DNA of 36,689 nt from IMG/VR virus record IMGVR_UViG_3300025610_000069, positions 1 through 36,689 of that record. One strand, 5' to 3'. A program made the translations under genes and the position numbers. The DNA is from a virus (taxonomy: Duplodnaviria > Caudoviricetes). This document shows positions 1-6,575 of this stretch, piece by piece; position 1 is the first letter of the stretch; each line of letters starts with the position of its first letter. Below the pieces are notes generated by a model that saw nothing but the letters and a program-made list of their open reading frames with translations, was not told the origin of the DNA and made no database searches.

Positions 1-41
1 GTTGCACGTACACGCACACGCGCACACTAGAATTTTTCCAA

Positions 42-190
42 TGTGCCACATTGTAAACACAATTGGTCCACCGTTGCCGATCCGCAACAGTGTGACAATC
101 TTGCAACAGTGTGTCCCATCGACAACAGTGTGACAATTTTGCAACACTTGGTCTGTGGCCGGTGTGCAACAGTGTGACAATTTTGCAACA
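42..190. repeat. Array of seven 18-bp TGT-N12-ACA boxes (three are near-identical TGTGACAATYTTGCAACA)
   Basis: Boxes at 42-59, 72-89 (CGT...ACA), 91-108, 110-127, 129-146, 154-171 and 173-190. Four are tandem with a 19-bp period, separated by a single G. Confidence 0.85.
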
Positions 191-198
191 CTTTGGAT

Positions 199-258
199 GT
201 TCATGGTTTGTTCCAGTTTTGTTCACGTCTGAGAACAAAGTGAGAACAAAACGAGAAC
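199..258. promoter_or_regulatory. Four overlapping alphaproteobacterial-type LexA (SOS) boxes in inverted arrangement
   Basis: GTTC at 199, 210 and 221 (7-nt spacers), then GAAC at 233, 244 and 255 (7-nt spacers). This matches the known GTTC-N7-GTTC / GAAC-N7-GAAC alphaproteobacterial LexA motif. Confidence 0.75.
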
Positions 259-328
259 GACCCCCCCACGGTGTTTTTATTATTGTCATGTTCTCTGCGT
301 CCATTCTGGGGGGTATTTTGAAAACCTG

Positions 329-357
329 TTGACACTTTGTTTAACATACTGTATAAT
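329..357 (+). promoter_or_regulatory. Consensus sigma70 promoter for the packaging/structural arm
   Basis: TTGACA (329-334), 17 bp, TATAAT (352-357), upstream of terS. Confidence 0.85.
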
Positions 358-366
358 AGCAGTATG
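345..366. promoter_or_regulatory. Operator-like palindrome enclosing the -10 element
   Basis: CATACTG-TATAATAG-CAGTATG, perfect 7-bp arms. Confidence 0.5.
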
Positions 367-448
367 AAGTACATTTTGTGGACACCTTGTATCCTCTTAG
401 GAGCATACATCGTCTACATTGTTGCACTAATGATCTGGGGGACATTCA

Positions 449-913
449 ATGGCTAAGAAAACAGGTAAGTATCCCAGCTATGTAGAACCTAAGTCTCTGG
501 ACGCTGATATGACAGAGAGGGAACACCAGTTTGTCATTGAGCTTGTAGACAACCACCGTGAACCAGTTGATGCTTTTTTTGAAGCGGGGTTTGTCTGTAA
601 CCAAGAGTTAGCACATGCCAAAAACCGTGCCAAGCGGTTACAGCGCCACCTTTGGCTCCATATTGAAAAGCGGATCAAGGAGCGGGTAGGTGAAACGGCA
701 ACGTTGGCCCTGACTGTGCTAGAGCGTCTGATGCGCGAGGCAGAGTCTGAGAACGTCAAGCTCAACGCTGCCAGAGACATTCTGTCTAGGGCGGGTTACG
801 ATGCAGTCCACAAGCAGGAAACTGTAGTCAAAGAGGTCACGGACCTGACTGATGCAGAGCTAGACGAACAGATCGAGCGGTTGTCTAAAAACGTGGTAAA
901 GCTACGTGGATAA
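449..913 (+). CDS. terS: Terminase small subunit
   Basis: Overlaps terL start; N-terminal HTH-like segment and SENVKLNAARDILSRAG motif typical of phage TerS. Confidence 0.75.
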   Translation: MAKKTGKYPSYVEPKSLDADMTEREHQFVIELVDNHREPVDAFFEAGFVCNQELAHAKNRAKRLQRHLWLHIEKRIKERVGETATLALTVLERLMREAESENVKLNAARDILSRAGYDAVHKQETVVKEVTDLTDAELDEQIERLSKNVVKLRG

Positions 914-2339
914 GGAAAAGGTTCTAGAGCTACTCCAAGAGAAACAACGGCGGCTAGAAACAAGACGCATTGAACAATACGACCCATATGACTACCAGAC
1001 AAGGTTTCACACTGAGGGTCAAGGTTGTCCACAACGCATCTTAATGGCGGCTAACCGGGTAGGGAAAACCTACTGTGGAGCGGCAGAGACAGCATACCAC
1101 CTGACCGGAGACTATCCGGAGTGGTGGAAGGGGCACAGGTTTAACAAGCCGATCAGGGCGTGGGCAGCTGGTGAGTCAAACGACACCACCAGAGACATCA
1201 TCCAGAAAGAACTTTTTGGTAACCCGCAAGACCCAACAAAGAAAGGCACTGGGTCTGTCCCACTGGACAACATCGTTGAAACAGTGCGTAAACCGGGTGT
1301 ACCAAACGCCTACTCGTCCGTGCTGGTCAAGCACAGGTCAGGGGGCAACTCCCAGATAAGTTTTAAAGCCTACGAACAGGGTTTTGAGAAGTTCATGGGC
1401 GAGGCAATAGACGTTGTCTGGCTAGACGAGGAACCAAAGCAGGAAATCTTTAGCCAGTGCATAACGCGAACCGCAGATACAGATGGGATTGTCTATATGA
1501 CTTTCACCCCGGAGCGGGGGATGACATCCGTAGTCTCGGCTTTTATGAACGACCTGAAACCGGGCCAGAGCCTGATCACAGCAACATGGGACGACGTAGA
1601 CCACCTAGACGAAAAAACAAAGGAGCAGCTGTTAGCTGTCTATAGCCCAGCAGAGCGGGACATGCGCTCAAAGGGCATTCCGGTGTTTGGCTCAGGGTTG
1701 GTCTTTCCTGTCTCAGAAGAGGACATCGTCTGCGAAGACTTCGACTTGCCAGAACATTTCCCCCGGCTGGCTGCAATTGACTTTGGCTTTGATCACCCCA
1801 CTGCCATCAGTTGGGTCGCATTTGACGCAGACGATGACATAATCTACGTCTATGACGAATACAGGAGAAGCAAAGAGACACCTCTGACACATGCAGCAGC
1901 ACTGAACGGCAGGACACCCGGCATACCTGTAGCTTTCCCACACGACGGACTACAGCATGACAAAGGCTCCGGGATTCAGCTAGCTCAACAGTACAGAGAC
2001 CTAGGTGTCTATATGCTACCAGAACACTTTACCAACCCGCCAGCAGAAGGTAAGCTAAATGGTAATAACTCGATTGAAGCAGGCATCAGCGAAATGCTAC
2101 AACGGTTTGAAACAGGCCGTTTGCAAATTTTTGAGTCCTGTGCAGAAACTCTGGAAGAAATGCGTTTGTATCATCGGAAAAACGGAAAAGTAGTTCCGAT
2201 CAAGGACGACCTGATCTCAGCAATGAGATACGCAGTGCTCTCAGTTGAACGCTTTGGTGAGAAGCTCAAGAACAAAACACACTACCGTAGATACGGATTC
2301 GAACAAGAAATCAAATACTCTAACGCAGGGATAGTCTAA
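906..2339 (+). CDS. terL: Terminase large subunit (P22-like)
   Basis: Walker A MAANRVGKT, Walker B VVWLDEEP, coupling motif TFTPE, RNase H-like IDFGFDHP and DDLISAMRYA. Confidence 0.95.
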   Translation: MDKEKVLELLQEKQRRLETRRIEQYDPYDYQTRFHTEGQGCPQRILMAANRVGKTYCGAAETAYHLTGDYPEWWKGHRFNKPIRAWAAGESNDTTRDIIQKELFGNPQDPTKKGTGSVPLDNIVETVRKPGVPNAYSSVLVKHRSGGNSQISFKAYEQGFEKFMGEAIDVVWLDEEPKQEIFSQCITRTADTDGIVYMTFTPERGMTSVVSAFMNDLKPGQSLITATWDDVDHLDEKTKEQLLAVYSPAERDMRSKGIPVFGSGLVFPVSEEDIVCEDFDLPEHFPRLAAIDFGFDHPTAISWVAFDADDDIIYVYDEYRRSKETPLTHAAALNGRTPGIPVAFPHDGLQHDKGSGIQLAQQYRDLGVYMLPEHFTNPPAEGKLNGNNSIEAGISEMLQRFETGRLQIFESCAETLEEMRLYHRKNGKVVPIKDDLISAMRYAVLSVERFGEKLKNKTHYRRYGFEQEIKYSNAGIV

Positions 2340-2602
2340 TGAGCATGTTTACCCGAAATAGAAACCGCCAGTCTTTGTCGGAATTAAGAGATAAACTTCC
2401 AAAAAATAGTGGAGGGAAAAGGCAAAAACCGTGGCTTATGCTAGACCCTATTGAAAAATATGAGCGTCGTCGCGGAGAATACGAAAAAATGATGGAGCAC
2501 AAAAACAAAGTTATGAAACAAATGGAAGAACAAAGAAAAAAGCGTAAAAAGCGCCAAGAATATATAAAATCAATTGACCCTAATAAGGGTATTAAGATTT
2601 AA
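2339..2602 (+). CDS. Hypothetical basic protein (AT-rich gene)
   Basis: 87-aa ORF coupled by TAATG overlaps at both ends; K/R-rich. Confidence 0.6.
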   Translation: MSMFTRNRNRQSLSELRDKLPKNSGGKRQKPWLMLDPIEKYERRRGEYEKMMEHKNKVMKQMEEQRKKRKKRQEYIKSIDPNKGIKI

Positions 2603-2733
2603 TGCCAATCCGCAAAGTCAAAGGCGGCTACAAGTGGGGTAATAAAGGCAAGGTCTATAAGACCAAAGCTGGAGCAGCTAGGCAAGCACGGGCAGCTTAC
2701 GCAAGCGGGTATAAGGAGAAGAAACGTGGCTAA
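2602..2733 (+). CDS. Small basic protein MPIRKVKGGYKWGNKGKVYKTKAGAARQARAAYASGYKEKKRG (43 aa)
   Basis: Translated by hand (not in ORF track); TAATG coupling to the upstream gene. Confidence 0.7.
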   Translation: MPIRKVKGGYKWGNKGKVYKTKAGAARQARAAYASGYKEKKRG

Positions 2734-2869
2734 ACGAGGACTCTATGCGAACATCAATGCTCGCAAGAAAAAGGGCATCTCGCGTCCTAAGAGCAAAAGC
2801 ACTATCTCCAACAAAGCCTATGCAGCTATGAAAGCTGGGTTTCCTAAGAAAAAGAAGAAGAAATCCTGA
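2726..2869 (+). CDS. Small basic protein MAKRGLYANINARKKKGISRPKSKSTISNKAYAAMKAGFPKKKKKKS (47 aa)
   Basis: Translated by hand; AAGGAG RBS before the GTG start; TGATG coupling to portal. Confidence 0.75.
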   Translation: MAKRGLYANINARKKKGISRPKSKSTISNKAYAAMKAGFPKKKKKKS

Positions 2870-4887
2870 TGGCTCATAATATGACAGAAGAAGAGATCAT
2901 TGGTCTTGTAGAAAGCGAGATCAACGGTTCCTCGGACTACATGGATTCCGAGATAAGCTCCCAGCGCGAACGCTCCATGGAGTATTTCTATGGAGAACCG
3001 TTTGGCAACGAGGAAGACGGACGTAGCCAAGTCGTAGTCACCGATGTCCAAGACACCCTGATGTGGATGATGCCTAGCCTGATGCGCATCTTCACAGCTG
3101 GAGACAGGGTGGTCAAGTTTGTACCAGAGGGTCCAGAGGACGAGGACACCGCAGAACAGGCCACCAAGTACGTAAATCACGTGTTCTACAAGCAGAACGA
3201 CGGGTTTATGGTGCTATATAACATGTTCCTTGACGCGCTGATGCAGAAGGTTGGCATTGTCAAACACTACTGGGAAGAGGTCGAAAAGACCACCACAGAG
3301 TCATATCAGAACCTTACAGAGCAGGAATACTCGCTGCTCCAGCAAGACGACGAGCTAGAAGTTGTAGAGCATGAAGAAACGGTAACGATCACTGAGCAGC
3401 CTGATCCGTTCACCGGAGAATTAGTGCAGGTCGAAGAGGTCTTCCACGATGTCACCTTTGCAAGGACATCGATGGAAGGTAAAGTCACCATTGAAAACGT
3501 ACCACCGGAAGAGTTCCTGATTAACCGTGGTGCCAAGACGTTAGAAGATGCTCGGTTCATTTGCCATCGTTCGCACAAGTCCAAAAGCGAACTGCTCCAG
3601 ATGGGATTTGATCCGGACGTGGTGGAAGACCTCCCCGGCTACACAGGTGGTGCAGACGATATCACCACCAGCCAAGAGTACATGGCCAGACACTCCTATG
3701 ACTCCACGGACGTATATCCTAATCAAGCTGCCGCTGACAGCGAAATGGTTGTCCAAGTATACGAGTCCTATGTCAAGCTGGACATGGACGGCAGCGGAAT
3801 TAGTGTGCTGCATAAAATCTGCCACGCTGGTTCAGAGTTGCTAGACATTGAACCTATCGACTACATCCCGTTCAGCACCGTCTGTCCTATTCCGATTCCG
3901 CACAAGTTCTACGGACTGTCTGTGGCAGAAACGGTAGAAGACATTCAGCTGATCCGGTCTACACTGACCAGAAATCTGCTAGACAATATGTACCTGTCCA
4001 ACAACGGCAGGTTCCAAGTTGTAGAAGGCCAAGTCAACATTGACGACCTGTTGACCAACAGGCCGGGTGGCATTGTCCGTACGCGCAGTCCCAATGCCCT
4101 ACAGCCGATCCAGACGCCTAGCCTTCAGCCGTACAGCTTCCAGATGCTCCAATACTGGGAAGACATCAAAAGTGGTCGCACTGGTGTTAATCCCAAGACG
4201 CAGGGACTTAGCGCAGACGTTCTGAAAACGCACGTAACCACGGGTGCAGTCACCGCTGCACTGACCAATGCCCAAGGACGGCTGGAACTAATAGCTAGGG
4301 TTTTTGCAGACACCGGCGTAAGGAATATGTTCAAGTCGATCTACAACCTGATCCAGCGGTACGAAGACCGCAAGAAGGTTGTCCGGCTAAACAATAACTA
4401 CTTCCAGATTGATCCTGCCAGCTGGCGAGAAGACCTAGACGTAGACATCGAAGTTGGCATTGGCTACGGTGACCAAGATGTCCGTCTACAGAACATCAGC
4501 AACTTTGCTAGCCTGATAGAAAAAGTAGGACAGCAGACCCAAGGCATTGTACAGCCGGATAACATCTACAACTTGGTTCGCGAGATAGCCGACGAGATGG
4601 GCATCAAGAACGTAGACAAGTTTGTCAGTACGCCGCCCACAGAACCTCCGCCTCCGAGTGCGCAAGAGCAGCTACAACAGGTCCAAGCCCAAGCGATGAT
4701 GACACAGGCGCAAGCCACGCAGCTTGAAGCAGAGGTCAAGGCAAAAGAACTTGAAATCAAAGCAGCCAAGCTGGAACTTGAGCGAGTAGAGATAGAACAC
4801 GACATGGCGGTCAAGCGCGAAGAACTAAAGCTCAAAGGCATTGAGCTTGGATTTGAAATGAACTCTGACAAAAACATAAAGGCATAG
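2869..4887 (+). CDS. Portal protein (P22-like)
   Basis: 672 aa after terL; YFYGEPFGNE..GRSQVV, IENVPPEEF, HKFYGLS motifs; C-terminal coiled-coil barrel. Confidence 0.9.
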   Translation: MAHNMTEEEIIGLVESEINGSSDYMDSEISSQRERSMEYFYGEPFGNEEDGRSQVVVTDVQDTLMWMMPSLMRIFTAGDRVVKFVPEGPEDEDTAEQATKYVNHVFYKQNDGFMVLYNMFLDALMQKVGIVKHYWEEVEKTTTESYQNLTEQEYSLLQQDDELEVVEHEETVTITEQPDPFTGELVQVEEVFHDVTFARTSMEGKVTIENVPPEEFLINRGAKTLEDARFICHRSHKSKSELLQMGFDPDVVEDLPGYTGGADDITTSQEYMARHSYDSTDVYPNQAAADSEMVVQVYESYVKLDMDGSGISVLHKICHAGSELLDIEPIDYIPFSTVCPIPIPHKFYGLSVAETVEDIQLIRSTLTRNLLDNMYLSNNGRFQVVEGQVNIDDLLTNRPGGIVRTRSPNALQPIQTPSLQPYSFQMLQYWEDIKSGRTGVNPKTQGLSADVLKTHVTTGAVTAALTNAQGRLELIARVFADTGVRNMFKSIYNLIQRYEDRKKVVRLNNNYFQIDPASWREDLDVDIEVGIGYGDQDVRLQNISNFASLIEKVGQQTQGIVQPDNIYNLVREIADEMGIKNVDKFVSTPPTEPPPPSAQEQLQQVQAQAMMTQAQATQLEAEVKAKELEIKAAKLELERVEIEHDMAVKREELKLKGIELGFEMNSDKNIKA

Positions 4888-4889
4888 AC

Positions 4890-5192
4890 ATGGCTTACCA
4901 GAATAACATTGCTTCTCGCATTATCAGCAGCGAGAATATCACCAGCACAGGCACCAGTGCGCAGAGCGGACGTGCTCCCTTTGGTTGCACCATTGCTCGC
5001 ATTGCTACCAGTGCTGCTGTTAATATCGTAATCGGACCTAACCCAACTGCCACGGCAGCGGGTACGCGCATTGACCCGGCCGATGCAGCTTACTTTGTGA
5101 TCAAGGGTGATACCGACCCCAGTGCCACAGATGGAGAAAAGATTGCTAGCATTGGAACGGCCACGGTAAACGTTACGTTCTTGGAGGGATAA
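4890..5192 (+). CDS. Small putative virion protein (paralog A)
   Basis: T/A/G-rich beta-type protein; shares PFGC..ARIA, NPTA, TDG(E/D)KIA and a LEG terminus with the next ORF. Confidence 0.6.
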   Translation: MAYQNNIASRIISSENITSTGTSAQSGRAPFGCTIARIATSAAVNIVIGPNPTATAAGTRIDPADAAYFVIKGDTDPSATDGEKIASIGTATVNVTFLEG

Positions 5193-5525
5193 ATGGCTCG
5201 CCAGAACGTCTACGCCTATCGTATCAATTCTAACGAACAGCTCACTTCTTCTGGAACCTCTGTTGCATCTGGTCCTACTCCGTTTGGCTGCAACGTGGCA
5301 AGAATCGCGTGTCACGGAGCTTCCGGGTCTCCGCTGACTTTCTTTGAAGTTGGTACAAATCCAACTGCTCTAACAGACGGAACGTCCACGTTTATTCACG
5401 ATGGAGACGAAAATTATATCACAGTCAGTCCGTCAACGACTCCCGGAGGAACTGACGGTGACAAAATAGCGGCAATTGTTACAAACGGAAGCGCAAACGT
5501 ATTTATTAGCTGGTTGGAGGGGTAA
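5193..5525 (+). CDS. Small putative virion protein (paralog B)
   Basis: Paralog of 4890-5192; GGAGG RBS. Confidence 0.6.
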   Translation: MARQNVYAYRINSNEQLTSSGTSVASGPTPFGCNVARIACHGASGSPLTFFEVGTNPTALTDGTSTFIHDGDENYITVSPSTTPGGTDGDKIAAIVTNGSANVFISWLEG

Positions 5526-6575
5526 GTGGCTACTAACAAAAAAATCACAGAGCTTACAGAACTTGAAGAAGCTGATCTGGCCGATGATGATGTTCTGCCA
5601 ATTGTAGACATCAGTGCAGGCCAGACGTTCAAGGTTCGTAAATCAACCTTGGCCAGTGCGCTGGCTGGTGTTGCCAGCATTGCAGCTACAACTCCGGTAG
5701 CCGTAGACCAAGCCACTGGTGCCGTGACTGTCAGCCTAGACACAGTTCCTATAACCAGCGGTGGCACAGGTGCTACCACAGCTGCTGGAGCACGTACCAA
5801 CCTTGGAGCCATTAGTGATCCCACGGACACACGTGGTGATATTATTACCCGTGGTGCCAGTGCCTTGCAGAAGCTGGGCATCGGCAGTTCAGGAACTGTC
5901 CTCAAGTCTGATGGCACAGATGTTGTATACGGCAGCATAGCAACCAGTGAGCTAAGTGGTAACATCGACCTGACCACGCAAGTTACCGGCACTCTTCCGC
6001 TGGCCAACGGTGGCACCAATGCAACCACCGCAAGCGGCGCTAGGACCAGCCTTGGCCTAGGCAGCATTGCCACGCAGGACTCCAGCAGTGTTTCGATCAC
6101 TGGTGGTTCGATTACCGGCGGCTCGATCAGCGGAATTACTGACCTAGCTGTAGCAGACGGTGGCACTGGAGCCAGCGATGCGGCAACCGCTAGGACAAAC
6201 CTGGGCGTGGCTATCGGCACGGACGTACAGGCGTATGATGCAGACAACGCCGTCACCGATGCAGCACAGACGTTCACGGTGAGCCAGCGTGGAACTATCA
6301 CTACGGACAATGACTTGTCGTTTGATCAGAACGCCACGAACAACTTCAAATGTACCCCCACCGGCACAGGCACTCTGACGTTCACCAACCACACCGCTGG
6401 ACAGTCAGGCAACATCTTGCTGGATAACTCTGGCGGTCACGCGATCAGCTTGGCAGCTACGACCAAGGGTGATGCAAACTTGGCGACCACGATCAGCACC
6501 GCTGGCACCTACTGGCTGTCGTACTACGACGACGGCACGAACGCCTATGTGGTCACCAGCGCGGTGTTTGCCTGA
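5526..6575 (+). CDS. Fibre protein with [16 protein letters not shown]-type repeats
   Basis: Three GGT(G/N)A..A..ART.LG repeats typical of phage fibre shafts; N-terminal [18 protein letters not shown] anchor; GGAGG RBS, GTG start. Confidence 0.8.
   Translation: MATNKKITELTELEEADLADDDVLPIVDISAGQTFKVRKSTLASALAGVASIAATTPVAVDQATGAVTVSLDTVPITSGGTGATTAAGARTNLGAISDPTDTRGDIITRGASALQKLGIGSSGTVLKSDGTDVVYGSIATSELSGNIDLTTQVTGTLPLANGGTNATTASGARTSLGLGSIATQDSSSVSITGGSITGGSISGITDLAVADGGTGASDAATARTNLGVAIGTDVQAYDADNAVTDAAQTFTVSQRGTITTDNDLSFDQNATNNFKCTPTGTGTLTFTNHTAGQSGNILLDNSGGHAISLAATTKGDANLATTISTAGTYWLSYYDDGTNAYVVTSAVFA

Noticed and set aside
85-190. Mini-CRISPR array (three 24-bp repeats, with a Cas4-like gene in the genome)
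   Set aside because: Spacers are only 14 and 20 nt and themselves form part of TGT-N12-ACA boxes; no cas1/cas2 or leader.
347-364. E. coli-type LexA box TACTG...CAGTA
   Set aside because: The spacer is 8 nt rather than the required 10; kept only as a generic palindrome.
111-410. ORFs 111-332 (+) and 201-410 (-)
   Set aside because: They run through the motif arrays and promoter, lack an RBS and have implausible composition.
4566-6310. Long antisense ORFs (249 and 298 aa)
   Set aside because: Shadow frames of codon-biased, repetitive structural genes; no recognisable motifs.
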